Assembly: GCA_036787895.1 (NCBI GenBank)
Contig: DAIQOK010000014.1
Coordinates: 5,415-69,414 of the forward strand
Source: Bacteroidota bacterium
Lineage (GTDB): Bacteria > Bacteroidota > Bacteroidia > UBA7662
DNA: 64,000 bases
Direction: 5' to 3'
The first letter of the stretch is position 1, and each line of letters opens with the position of its first letter. The notes beneath the pieces are model-generated. The model was given only the letters and a program-made list of their open reading frames with translations, was not told where the DNA came from and searched no databases. The translations under genes were made by a program, and so were the position numbers. Shown here piece after piece: positions 50,389-60,544 of the stretch.

Positions 50389-52314
50389 ATGTTTATGACT
50401 GTATACCCCCCTTTTCATCTGGCTCAAAGTAAGCAAAATGGCAAAAAAGCTATGGCAACCATTCGGCAAATCGTTCTGATTTTTGGTCTTTGGTCTGTTT
50501 GCTTGAGCCAGTCATTTGCCGGAATTGCCCAGTCAGATACGGCCGAAATAAAACGTTTGTTGGCACAAGCCACGGCTTTGCAGCGGATAGATCTCGATTC
50601 TTGTGAAACCCTATCCAAAAAGGCTTTATTTCTTGCTCAAAAGCTAAAGTATAGCAGTGGTATTCGCGGTGCTTACGTCAGGCTGGGTTCTGTGTTGATG
50701 ACCAGGGGTGAAAATGAGTCGGCCCGGGCTTACATAGCAACGGCTTTACAAATCGACATTAAAACCGCCAATTACAAAGGTGCTGCGGGAAACTGCGTAC
50801 TACTCGCTTACATTTTTGATGCCTTAGGTGCATCTGACTCCGCTTTTATGGTTTTGTATGAGGGCCTAAGGTACAGCGACCGGACCAACGACCCGGAGAT
50901 AAAGGCTTTGGTTTACAATACCCTTGGTGATATTCAGGAAGGCTATGCCCAATACGAAGCCTCGTTAAAAAGTTTGCAAAAGGCACTGGAATATGCCTCT
51001 AAAACGCCCAATTCGGCCTATTTATCGGGTATTTACATCAGCCTGGGCAATGGAAATTACCATTTGGGAAATTATCGGGAGGCCTTAAAATACTATACTT
51101 TGGCCGACTCGCTTTGTCGTGCTCAAAACGACCAAATGTCGGTTGCGCAAAACCTGAATAACCTCGCTTTGGTTTATGCTGCTCTGTATCAATCGCCCAG
51201 GGCCATCGCCTATTATGCCGAGGCCTTGCAACTGTATAGAACTTTGGATATGCCCACGGAAGTAGCGAATGTATACGCTAATCTGGGGGAATTATATCTC
51301 GACATTAACCAAATCCAACTGGCCCGGCTGCATTTTGATACGGCGCTCGCACAAAACCGACAACTGGGGCTTGCTCAAGAAGTGCTAGCCAATCTGCATC
51401 AACTGGCCGGAACGCATGCCCGTTTGAAGGCTTTTGAGCCTGCCTACCAATACCGAACTCAGGCTGCCGAATTGGCCGATTCCCTGCTCACCGCTGAAAA
51501 AATCAGCAGCATCAGCGAAGTGCAAACCAAATACGAAAGCGAAAAAAAAGAGCAGCAGATTGCAGCTCTGGAAGCTGATAAACTTGTCAAACAACGGCAA
51601 CGTAATCTTACACTCCTCGGCCTAGTTGTATTATTAGTCATAGCCGTTGTGCTCTATGTTCAGCGTCGCCGTATTCGGGAAGAACGTAATCGCGCCAATG
51701 CCTTATTGTTGAATATACTCCCGACAGAGGTTGCTAATGAGCTAAAAGCGACAGGGGCATCGGAAGCGCGTTTGTACAACAATGTAACCGTATTATTTAC
51801 CGACTTTGTCAATTTCACCGGCATCAGCGAAAAACTCTCCCCTACCGATTTGGTAGCCGAAATCCACAAAAACTTTACGGCCTTTGATGCCATCATCGAA
51901 AAATACGGACTGGAAAAAATTAAGACCATAGGTGATGCCTATCTAGCAGTATGCGGTTTGCCACACGAAACAGTCAATCATGCCGAAAAAGTGGTGTTGG
52001 CCGCACTTGAAATCTGTGCTTTTATTCAGCAGAGTAACAGTCCATTTCAGGTAAGAATTGGCATTAATTCCGGTCCGGTGGTCGCAGGGATAGTCGGTGT
52101 AAAAAAGTACGCCTACGACATCTGGGGCGATACCGTAAATACCGCAGCGCGTATGGAACAACATTCAGAAGCCGGGAAAATTAACATCAGCGGCTCAACC
52201 TATGAATTGGTAAAAGCCAACTGCCTTTGTACCCCCAGAGGAAAAATCAAAGCAAAAAATAAGGGAGAGATAGAGATGTATTTCGTAGAACAGGATAATA
52301 GCAAGCTGATATGA
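50389..52314 (+). CDS. TPR-repeat sensor - single TM - class III adenylate cyclase (paralog 1)
   Basis: Signal/TM, TPR region, TM helix LTLLGLVVLLVIAVVLY. Cyclase core FTDFVNFT, KTIGDAYLAV, YDIWGDTVNTAARME carries the Lys/Asp adenine-specificity residues. Confidence 0.8.
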   Translation: MFMTVYPPFHLAQSKQNGKKAMATIRQIVLIFGLWSVCLSQSFAGIAQSDTAEIKRLLAQATALQRIDLDSCETLSKKALFLAQKLKYSSGIRGAYVRLGSVLMTRGENESARAYIATALQIDIKTANYKGAAGNCVLLAYIFDALGASDSAFMVLYEGLRYSDRTNDPEIKALVYNTLGDIQEGYAQYEASLKSLQKALEYASKTPNSAYLSGIYISLGNGNYHLGNYREALKYYTLADSLCRAQNDQMSVAQNLNNLALVYAALYQSPRAIAYYAEALQLYRTLDMPTEVANVYANLGELYLDINQIQLARLHFDTALAQNRQLGLAQEVLANLHQLAGTHARLKAFEPAYQYRTQAAELADSLLTAEKISSISEVQTKYESEKKEQQIAALEADKLVKQRQRNLTLLGLVVLLVIAVVLYVQRRRIREERNRANALLLNILPTEVANELKATGASEARLYNNVTVLFTDFVNFTGISEKLSPTDLVAEIHKNFTAFDAIIEKYGLEKIKTIGDAYLAVCGLPHETVNHAEKVVLAALEICAFIQQSNSPFQVRIGINSGPVVAGIVGVKKYAYDIWGDTVNTAARMEQHSEAGKINISGSTYELVKANCLCTPRGKIKAKNKGEIEMYFVEQDNSKLI

Positions 52315-54140
52315 CGCGCTTAGGCACTTTGCTTTACTTCGCCTGGCTAATAGGTTGGAGTGTGACATGTAAGGCTGCAGCACAAGACCCGGCGCTTTCT
52401 TGGCCCGATTCCCTGCAACAGCTATTATCGGGCAAGCCGCAAGATACCAGCCACATCAATGTACTCAATTCCAGAAGCCGGAATTATATCAATACAAATC
52501 AATATGACCTTGCGCTTATAGACGCAGAAGTCGCCAAAAAACTGGCCGTTACGCTGGACTACCCCAAAGGAATTGTTGTCGCTTTAAACAATCTCGGGCT
52601 CATTTATGCCGATCAGGGAAATTACCCCGAAGCCATAAAAAACTACCTGTCGGTGCTAAAATTCAGCAATAACAGGGCGTTAACCCAACAAATGGCCAAT
52701 ACGAACAACAATATCGGCTTGGTTTATTTGTCGTTGAAGGATTACAACAATGCCTTAAAATACCTGATTGCCGGATTAGAGCTGGAAAAAAAGTTGAGTA
52801 ACCAGGAAGGCATGGCCGGCTCTTACGGGAATATAGGCCTTGTTTATGCACAACAAGGTGATTACAAAACTGCTTTACAGTATTACGAAGCTGCCGTTAC
52901 AATTAATGTCGCGCTTAATGACCAGGATTGGCTGGCGAATAATTATGGGAATATGGGCATACTCTATTTTAATCAGGGCAATTTTGAAGCTGCTTTGGAA
53001 AAATTACAGGCTGCCAAAAAAATTAAAGCTTTGTCTGGTGACAAAATAAGTATGGCAGGCGTAAACCTTAATATGGGCAGGGTGTATATCGCGCTCGATC
53101 AAGCCGATAAAGGCAAAAAATTGATAATCCAAGCACTGGAATTGGGCAAAACCGCAGGTGCTAAATACGTTGTTGAACAATGCTATCTGGCATTGGCCAT
53201 CGCCGACAGCGCTTTGGGAAATTTTCGGCAAGCATTTGAAAACCATAAAATGTACCTGATTTATCACGATAGCCTATTTAATGAAGCCAATACCAAAAAA
53301 CAAACGCAAACCGAAATGCAGTTTGCCTTTGACAAAAAACTGGCATTAAGTCGGGCAGAACAGGAAAAAAAAGACGCCATCGTTCTACAAAAAATGCAAA
53401 AACAGCAGCTCTTGAGAAACGGGCTTTTGGGTGGGTTTTCGGTGGTATTTTTGTTCGCATTGGTGTTTTTCAAACAACGTAACAGCATCAGTAAAGCCAA
53501 AAATATCAGTGATCAGGAAAAACAAAAAAGCGATGAACTGCTCCTGAATATATTACCGTCAGAAATAGCCGCGGAGCTCAAACAAACCGGCGCTTCAGAA
53601 GCCCGACTTTACAACAATGTCACCGTACTCTTCACCGACTTTGTCAATTTTACCGGCATCAGTGAGCAGCTCTCACCTACTGAATTGGTGGCCGAAATCC
53701 ACAAAAACTTCACAGCCTTCGATGCCATTATCGAAAAACATGGACTCGAAAAAATTAAGACCATTGGTGATGCTTATCTCGCAGTATGCGGTTTGCCACA
53801 CAAAACAGTCAATCATGCCGAAAAAGTGGTATTGGCCGCACTCGAAATCTGTGAGTTTATTCAGCTTAGCAGCAGTCCGTTTCAAGTGAGGATGGGCATC
53901 AACTCCGGGCCGGTAGTTGCAGGCATAGTCGGGGTAAAAAAATACGCCTACGACATTTGGGGTGACACTGTGAACACGGCTGCACGTATGGAGCAAAACT
54001 CCGAAGCAGGGAAAATTAATATCAGCGGCACAACCTATGAGCTCGTCAAAAACGATTTCAGCTGCATTTATCGGGGTAAATTAAATGCCAAAAACAAAGG
54101 CAAAATTGAAATGTACTTTGTTTCTACCGATGATCGGTAG
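52311..54140 (+). CDS. TPR-repeat sensor - single TM - class III adenylate cyclase (paralog 2)
   Basis: Same architecture. Catalytic domain about 90% identical to paralog 1 at protein level, while the sensor is unrelated in sequence. Start overlaps the upstream stop by 4 bp. Confidence 0.8.
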   Translation: MTRLGTLLYFAWLIGWSVTCKAAAQDPALSWPDSLQQLLSGKPQDTSHINVLNSRSRNYINTNQYDLALIDAEVAKKLAVTLDYPKGIVVALNNLGLIYADQGNYPEAIKNYLSVLKFSNNRALTQQMANTNNNIGLVYLSLKDYNNALKYLIAGLELEKKLSNQEGMAGSYGNIGLVYAQQGDYKTALQYYEAAVTINVALNDQDWLANNYGNMGILYFNQGNFEAALEKLQAAKKIKALSGDKISMAGVNLNMGRVYIALDQADKGKKLIIQALELGKTAGAKYVVEQCYLALAIADSALGNFRQAFENHKMYLIYHDSLFNEANTKKQTQTEMQFAFDKKLALSRAEQEKKDAIVLQKMQKQQLLRNGLLGGFSVVFLFALVFFKQRNSISKAKNISDQEKQKSDELLLNILPSEIAAELKQTGASEARLYNNVTVLFTDFVNFTGISEQLSPTELVAEIHKNFTAFDAIIEKHGLEKIKTIGDAYLAVCGLPHKTVNHAEKVVLAALEICEFIQLSSSPFQVRMGINSGPVVAGIVGVKKYAYDIWGDTVNTAARMEQNSEAGKINISGTTYELVKNDFSCIYRGKLNAKNKGKIEMYFVSTDDR

Positions 54141-54247
54141 CCAACGAACATATCAACTATTCTAATGAAACAATAAGACAAATTGTTGCAATACTGCATC
54201 AGCCAGGTCATCAATTTCATCAGGAAATTGCTTAAAATACTTTCGCT

Positions 54248-56875
54248 GTGAAACATGCGCTTCTACTTCTAAACTTGCTTGCGGTATTTTTTACCTGCCA
54301 AGCACAAATACAGCGGCCAGAAAAAGAGTTTAACGAACTCCTTAGACTCCAACAGAAAGCAAAACTCGGCACTGAAGTTTGGCACGAGCTCACCAATCAA
54401 CTCATCTACCATTATATCAGTTCTGATATAGATCAAGCCGAAAAATCGCTTGCATCAATCAATTCGTCGGCCCTCCTAAGCTCAGAGGCTTTGAAGCTCG
54501 AAACCGAATACTTACAATGTGAGTTGTTACGCAAAAAGGGGCGTAAAGAAGATGCTCTCCAAAGATTACAAGTTCTGGTGAGCAAGCATGAACAACGCAA
54601 CGACTGTTATGCTTTGGGGGTATGTTACAAACTCATAGCCGGACTTAAACACAATAGTAATCATGATGTTAATCTAATTCCAATTCTCTTATCAGCTGAT
54701 AGCTGTTTCTCGAAAGTCGGCGCAAGCATGCGTCAGGTCGAAGTACTCACCATGATTGCCTTGGAATATCGCAATCAAAGAAATTGGCCACTTGCCATCC
54801 AATATGCCGAGAGGGCGGCAACAATTCAGCAATCCTTACCGATCAGCACCAAGTATGCAAATATTTTAGAAATATGCGGCTCAATACATCAGCTAAATTC
54901 CGACTATATAAAGTCGAAATACTATTTTGAAAAGGCGGTCGAGGTATTTACAAAACTCAATCAACCGCTTCAACAAGCCAGGCTACTGGGAAATATAGGT
55001 CAACTCGAAAACATAAGAGGAGATGTTGGAGCTGCGATTAATTACTTGAATGAAGCGAATGAAATCTATGACGCAAATAATTTTCACACTAAAAATCAAG
55101 TGTTTATACTGAATTCCATTGGTTCTGTTCATCTTAAACTTAAAGACTATCCAGGGGCATATCGTCATATTCAAAAGTCCCTGACACTTGCAAAAAAATT
55201 AGAAGATGCCGAACAAATAACAAACGCGTCGGTGGTCTTGAGTCAGTACTTCAAGGAGATCAAAAAATACGACAGCGCACTCTATTACAATATGGAATGC
55301 CGAAAGTATTACGAATCCACAAACAACCTGAATGGCATAGACCGCACCATAAGTATGGCCGGCAACATTTATAAGGAGTCCGGAAATCTAACGGCATCGA
55401 AAGAGAATTACCGCATGGTGTATGAAAATGCTTTGCGCAGAAAAAACGCGCTGCTCATACTTAATGCAATCAGAGCCCTGGCTGAAATAGCTTTTCTCGA
55501 ACAAGATTTCAATCAGGTACTCAGTTGGTATGAAGAGTCATTGAATTTCAAGGAAAGTGAATTTCAATTAGCCTCATTGGTTCCACTCGTCATTACCACG
55601 GCGAAAGCACATATGCAGCTTGCCGCCAATAGTAGTTCAAATCCTGACAGTGCACGGGGTAAGGCCTATGAAATTGCCGTTAAACTTATTGATGATGTAA
55701 TGGCGAAGGCATCGAATAATTCGTTGATGCTTTATACTGACTTAAATAAAACCTTAAGTGAAATACATGAAGCCTATGGAAACTACGAGGCAGCTTACAC
55801 ATCCTACAAAGCCTATTTACGCCTAAACGAAGCGTTGCTTGGCGAGGAAAAACGCAATGATTTGGCGAGAAACCAATTGTATTATGAGTTTGAGAAAAAA
55901 GAAGCTGCTTTACGTTTTGAGAATGAATTAGCTGTTTCTAAGCTTAGGTCGCAAGAATTACTCAACGAACGTCAAAAACAGGAAATAGCCATCAGCAAAA
56001 AGGAAGAGGAAATTCAAAAACTCGCCTATTTAAAGGAACAAGCAGAACGACAAAAAAAGGATAAAGAAATCAGTCTTATTCGCAAAGAAAAAGAATTTAA
56101 CCAATCTCAGCTACTGGCCATGACCAGTGAAAAAAACCTGCAGGAACTTTTGCTGATAGGTCAAAAAAAACAACAAAAATGGTTTTTAGCAGGATTGATT
56201 CTTAGTTTTTTATTGGCAGTTTCTGTTTTATTCGGACTTTTCAGAACCAAATCCGAAAAGAAAAAAACCGAATCTCTTTTACTAAATATCCTTCCAATAG
56301 AAGTGGCCAACGAGCTCAAAACCACCGGTAAATCAGGTGCACGTTTATACAATAATGTCACCGTACTGTTCACCGATTTTGTGAATTTCACCGGTATCAG
56401 TGAGCAACTCTCTCCAACCGAACTCGTGGACGAAATACACAAAAACTTCACCGCTTTCGATGCCATCATCGAAAAACACGGACTCGAAAAAATCAAAACC
56501 ATAGGCGATGCCTATCTGGCAGTTTGTGGATTGCCGCACGAAACCGAAAAACATGCCGAAAAGGTGATATCCGCAGCCTTAGAGATTTGTGATTTCATCC
56601 GAAAAAGTCAGAGTCCATTTCAGGTAAGGGTTGGCATCAACTCAGGTCCTGTAGTGGCGGGAATAGTTGGCGTAAAAAAGTACGCCTACGACATTTGGGG
56701 AGATACTGTGAATACCGCAGCTCGACTGGAACAGCATTCAGAGGCAGGCAAAATAAATATCAGTGGGTCGACCTATGAATTGGTTAAGGAAAAGTATGGT
56801 TGCATGCCAAGAGGTAAAATCAAAGCCAAAAACAAGGGGGAGATTGAGATGTATTTTGTGAATCAAGCCGTGTGA
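54248..56875 (+). CDS. TPR-repeat sensor - coiled coil - single TM - class III adenylate cyclase (paralog 3)
   Basis: 875 aa. Signal peptide, long TPR region, coiled-coil stalk, TM WFLAGLILSFLLAVSVLFGLF, and the same conserved cyclase cassette. Confidence 0.8.
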   Translation: MKHALLLLNLLAVFFTCQAQIQRPEKEFNELLRLQQKAKLGTEVWHELTNQLIYHYISSDIDQAEKSLASINSSALLSSEALKLETEYLQCELLRKKGRKEDALQRLQVLVSKHEQRNDCYALGVCYKLIAGLKHNSNHDVNLIPILLSADSCFSKVGASMRQVEVLTMIALEYRNQRNWPLAIQYAERAATIQQSLPISTKYANILEICGSIHQLNSDYIKSKYYFEKAVEVFTKLNQPLQQARLLGNIGQLENIRGDVGAAINYLNEANEIYDANNFHTKNQVFILNSIGSVHLKLKDYPGAYRHIQKSLTLAKKLEDAEQITNASVVLSQYFKEIKKYDSALYYNMECRKYYESTNNLNGIDRTISMAGNIYKESGNLTASKENYRMVYENALRRKNALLILNAIRALAEIAFLEQDFNQVLSWYEESLNFKESEFQLASLVPLVITTAKAHMQLAANSSSNPDSARGKAYEIAVKLIDDVMAKASNNSLMLYTDLNKTLSEIHEAYGNYEAAYTSYKAYLRLNEALLGEEKRNDLARNQLYYEFEKKEAALRFENELAVSKLRSQELLNERQKQEIAISKKEEEIQKLAYLKEQAERQKKDKEISLIRKEKEFNQSQLLAMTSEKNLQELLLIGQKKQQKWFLAGLILSFLLAVSVLFGLFRTKSEKKKTESLLLNILPIEVANELKTTGKSGARLYNNVTVLFTDFVNFTGISEQLSPTELVDEIHKNFTAFDAIIEKHGLEKIKTIGDAYLAVCGLPHETEKHAEKVISAALEICDFIRKSQSPFQVRVGINSGPVVAGIVGVKKYAYDIWGDTVNTAARLEQHSEAGKINISGSTYELVKEKYGCMPRGKIKAKNKGEIEMYFVNQAV

Positions 56876-56937
56876 ATAGGAAAAAGCTTGCAACATGACG
56901 ACAAACATCCCCTACTTTTCTTAGCTTCATTTGTACC

Positions 56938-57555
56938 ATGCACACATCCATCTCGCAGCGCTTTACGCAAGTAGCTCCTATCTGGCTCGACATACTGGAA
57001 AAAGGACTAAAACCTGAACTGCAATACCACAGCATACATCATGTTTTGTCGGTCATTGAGCGGGTAGAGTTTATCGGCACCTACGAAGCTTTGGAAACTG
57101 AGGAAGTCGCCTTGATCAAAGTAGCAGCCTTATTCCACGACAGTGGTTTTTTGGAAAGTCCTAAAGAGCATGAACTCAAAAGCTGTGAAATCGTTCGCTT
57201 ACAACTGCCACAATACGGCTTTACTGAAAAGGAAATCAACCATATCTGTGATATGATCATGGCCACCAAAATCCCACAAAAACCTCTCGATTTGATGGCT
57301 CAGGTACTTTGTGATGCCGATTTGGATTATCTGGGCACCGAAGATTATGACGGCCCGGCCAACCAGTTGCGGCATGAATTGCAAGCCATGAATGTGGCTG
57401 TAGAACCTATCGAATGGCTGAAGCTGCAAATTAACTTCCTGGAGAACCACAGCTTTTTCACCAACTATGCCAGAGCACACCGTGAGCCTTTAAAAAAGCT
57501 GCATTTGGGTCGTTTATGCAAACAGCTCGACCGACTTAGCGCGAAACAAGGCTGA
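56938..57555 (+). CDS. HD-domain metal-dependent phosphohydrolase
   Basis: YHSIHHVL...AALFHDSGF gives the H...HD...D metal triad. 205 aa. Directly downstream of the cyclase array. Confidence 0.6.
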   Translation: MHTSISQRFTQVAPIWLDILEKGLKPELQYHSIHHVLSVIERVEFIGTYEALETEEVALIKVAALFHDSGFLESPKEHELKSCEIVRLQLPQYGFTEKEINHICDMIMATKIPQKPLDLMAQVLCDADLDYLGTEDYDGPANQLRHELQAMNVAVEPIEWLKLQINFLENHSFFTNYARAHREPLKKLHLGRLCKQLDRLSAKQG

Positions 57556-57610
57556 AAGCTGCCTCCTCCCTTTCGGATAAATCTTATCTTTGGCAGATAA
57601 ACCCATTTGT

Positions 57611-58357
57611 ATGAAAAGTCTGGCCGGAAAAGTAGCGCTGATCACCGGCGCTTCAAGAGGTATTGGTTTGGGCATTGCCCGCGTATTTGCAGCCGAAGGT
57701 GCCGATGTCGCCTTCACTTATTTGTCGAGCGAAGATAAAGCCCGTGCACTCGAGGCCGAACTTCAGACCACCGGCGTACGTGCCAAAGGATATAAATCAG
57801 ATGCCGGCAACTATGCCGAAGCCGAAAAACTCATCAATGATATCATCGCCGACTTCGGAGATCTGGAGGTCATCGTAAACAATGCCGGCATCACCAAAGA
57901 TGGTCTTTTACTCCGTATGAGCGAAGAGCAGTGGGATGCGGTAATTGATACCAATCTGAAGTCGGTTTATAATATCACCAAACATGCCGCCCGCCACCTC
58001 ATGAAACAGCGGAAAGGCAGTATCATTAATATGAGCTCGGTGGTAGGTAGAGATGGTAATGCCGGTCAAGCCAATTATTCCGCATCCAAAGCAGGCGTAA
58101 TCGGATTTACCCAGGCCATTGCCAAAGAATTCGGCTCACGCAACATTCGCTGTAATGCCATTGCACCTGGCTTCATCCAAACTGAAATGACCGATGCCCT
58201 CGATCCCAAGGTGATTGAGGAATGGAACAAAATGATTCCACTCGGCCGGCCGGGTACCACCGACGACGTAGCCGACCTGACTGTATTCCTGGCCAGCGAC
58301 CGCAGCAAATACATTACCGGTCAGGTAATCAATGTTTGTGGTGGCTTGCAGATGTAA
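57611..58357 (+). CDS. fabG: 3-oxoacyl-[acyl-carrier-protein] reductase
   Basis: MKSLAGKVALITGASRGIG. NNAGITKD. Catalytic S...YSASKAG. Start trimmed to the conserved Met. Confidence 0.8.
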   Translation: MKSLAGKVALITGASRGIGLGIARVFAAEGADVAFTYLSSEDKARALEAELQTTGVRAKGYKSDAGNYAEAEKLINDIIADFGDLEVIVNNAGITKDGLLLRMSEEQWDAVIDTNLKSVYNITKHAARHLMKQRKGSIINMSSVVGRDGNAGQANYSASKAGVIGFTQAIAKEFGSRNIRCNAIAPGFIQTEMTDALDPKVIEEWNKMIPLGRPGTTDDVADLTVFLASDRSKYITGQVINVCGGLQM

Positions 58358-58390
58358 ACCAAATAGCCGTTTTTCCCGTTAGCTTTCCAC

Positions 58391-60475
58391 ATGGAAATAA
58401 TCACCGCTGTATCAGCTTGGTATTGGGTATTGAGTTTGCTGGCAGCCGTGCTTTATGCCGGTTTGCTGTATCGGCACGACCGCATCTCCTACCCTGCCCG
58501 AGGATGGAAATGGGCTGCAGCCGCTTTTCGGGCAGTGGTGGTTGCTTTGATTGTCGTGCTCCTGATTAATCCCTACCTCAAAACCGAACAAAAGGTCACC
58601 GAAAAACCCTTGGTACTACTGGTGAGCGACAACAGCAGCTCGCTGGAAAAACTCAGTACTTTGGAAAAAAAATCGCTTCAAACAGGCTGGAAAAATATTT
58701 CTGCATCGCTCGAGGATCGCAGTCGGTTACGCAAGTTGAATTTTGGAGACCGGTTGCAGGACGACCATCCCTTCACCTACACTGAACAGGCCACTGACCT
58801 AAGTAAAACTTTTCAGGATATTTCCGCTCGTTTCGGCAGCCAAACAATAGCCGCTATAGTAGTCGCCACCGATGGTATTTATAACCGCGGTGCCAACCCA
58901 CTTTATCTCGCCGAACAACTTGGTGTCCCGATTTATGCAGTGGCCCTGGGCGATACCCAAACCTACCAGGATGCCCTGATTCGTGAGTTGCGTGCGAATA
59001 GTCTGGTCTTTAAAGGGCGCGAATTTCCGCTGCTTGTTGGTCTCGAAGCCCACAAACTAACTGGTCAAAATGCCGAAATACAGCTTTACGACATAACCAA
59101 TGGCCAAAACCGCTTACGCAGTAAACAAAGTTGGTCCATACTGCAAGGCGACCAATATGATGAAATCCGCTTTACAGCGGCAGCAGATCAAGCCGGCATT
59201 CGCAAATACCGGGTGGTCATCAAGCATGGCGGTAAAGACGTAAATCCGGCCAATAACAGCCGCGACATCTATGTAGAAGTAATCGACGATGAAACGCGCA
59301 TTCTTTTGCTCGCTGCCAGTCCGCATCCCGACATAGCCACCATCCGGCAAGCCCTGGAGAGTGCACCTCAATATAAGGTAGATGTACGTTTTGCCAGCGA
59401 ATCATTGAAGTTAGAACAAGAGCCCGATCTGGTGATTCTGCATCAATTTCCTACTTCATCCGCTGGTGCCTGGCTAAATCTCCTAAGTCAAAAAAAATGG
59501 CCAAGTTGGTTCATTACCGGGAGTCAAACCCATTTCCCGACATTTAACCAGATGCAAAATCAATTGCAATTAAATGCTCGGCCCGGCAACACCAATCCGG
59601 TTATGGCCAATCCGCAGCCTGGTTTCCAATTGTTTAGCCTGGAAGAAAATTCGCTCCGTCAAATCCAGTCGTTTCCTCCTCTCGACGCACCCTTTGGCAC
59701 TTTTCAGCAGGCCATCAACCTCAATATCCTACTTAAACAGCGTATAGGAAGTGTAGCCACCGACTTTCCGCTTTGGGCATTCAACACCAATACCCGTCCG
59801 CGTTTGGCTTATACTCTGGCTGAAGGTCTCTGGCGCTGGCGATTGGCCCAGGCAGAAGATAAGTTAACCACCGATCCGCTCGGTGATTTGATTCGGAAAA
59901 CCGTGGCTTATCTGGCAGTGAAAGAAGATAAACGTACTTTTAAAGCCAACAGCTCCCGCAAACTGTATAATGAACAGGAGGCCTTATTATTTGAGGCAGA
60001 ATTGTATGACGCCAATTACGAAGCGGTTACGGAACCGGATGTAAATCTGAAAGTCAGCTCGGTCGATGGCAAAACCTATAATTTCAGCTTTGGTCGATCT
60101 GGAGAGAAATACCGCCTCAATGCCGGCTCTCTGCCCCCCGGCGACTATACCTTTACGGCCAGTTGCCAGTATAATGGCAAAAATGAGACGGCAATCGGTG
60201 CTTTCAGCATCAGTGCATTAAATCTGGAAGCCATACAAGCTAAGGCCGACCATCAATTGCTCGCCCAACTTGCGCATTTGAGCGACGGAGCAGTTGTATC
60301 TTTAACCGAAATGCATCGAATTCCTGAATTACTGGAACAACGCCAAAGGCTGGTACCAACTGCTTATTACGAACAGCGCATCAGCGACCTCATTCATTTG
60401 AAAATATTGCTGTTGCTGGTTCTCGGCCTTATGGCCTTTGAATGGTTTATTCGGCGGTATTCCGGGGCTTATTGA
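58391..60475 (+). CDS. vWA-domain membrane protein (BatA-like topology; family uncertain)
   Basis: Two N-terminal TM helices, a DxSxS MIDAS motif (LLVSDNSSS) and a C-terminal TM anchor. 694 aa. Confidence 0.35.
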   Translation: MEIITAVSAWYWVLSLLAAVLYAGLLYRHDRISYPARGWKWAAAAFRAVVVALIVVLLINPYLKTEQKVTEKPLVLLVSDNSSSLEKLSTLEKKSLQTGWKNISASLEDRSRLRKLNFGDRLQDDHPFTYTEQATDLSKTFQDISARFGSQTIAAIVVATDGIYNRGANPLYLAEQLGVPIYAVALGDTQTYQDALIRELRANSLVFKGREFPLLVGLEAHKLTGQNAEIQLYDITNGQNRLRSKQSWSILQGDQYDEIRFTAAADQAGIRKYRVVIKHGGKDVNPANNSRDIYVEVIDDETRILLLAASPHPDIATIRQALESAPQYKVDVRFASESLKLEQEPDLVILHQFPTSSAGAWLNLLSQKKWPSWFITGSQTHFPTFNQMQNQLQLNARPGNTNPVMANPQPGFQLFSLEENSLRQIQSFPPLDAPFGTFQQAINLNILLKQRIGSVATDFPLWAFNTNTRPRLAYTLAEGLWRWRLAQAEDKLTTDPLGDLIRKTVAYLAVKEDKRTFKANSSRKLYNEQEALLFEAELYDANYEAVTEPDVNLKVSSVDGKTYNFSFGRSGEKYRLNAGSLPPGDYTFTASCQYNGKNETAIGAFSISALNLEAIQAKADHQLLAQLAHLSDGAVVSLTEMHRIPELLEQRQRLVPTAYYEQRISDLIHLKILLLLVLGLMAFEWFIRRYSGAY

Positions 60476-60544
60476 AATTTTAATGGTAGTGTACCCAACC
60501 CTAAGCTTAGCTTGCAGCGTAATAGGGGTATAAAACCAATACTC

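Noticed and set aside
51660-56502. Three similar minus-strand ORFs (51660..51929, 53673..53996, 56161..56502)
   Set aside because: Each is the antisense frame of the repeated cyclase cassette. Their mutual similarity only reflects the sense-strand repeat.
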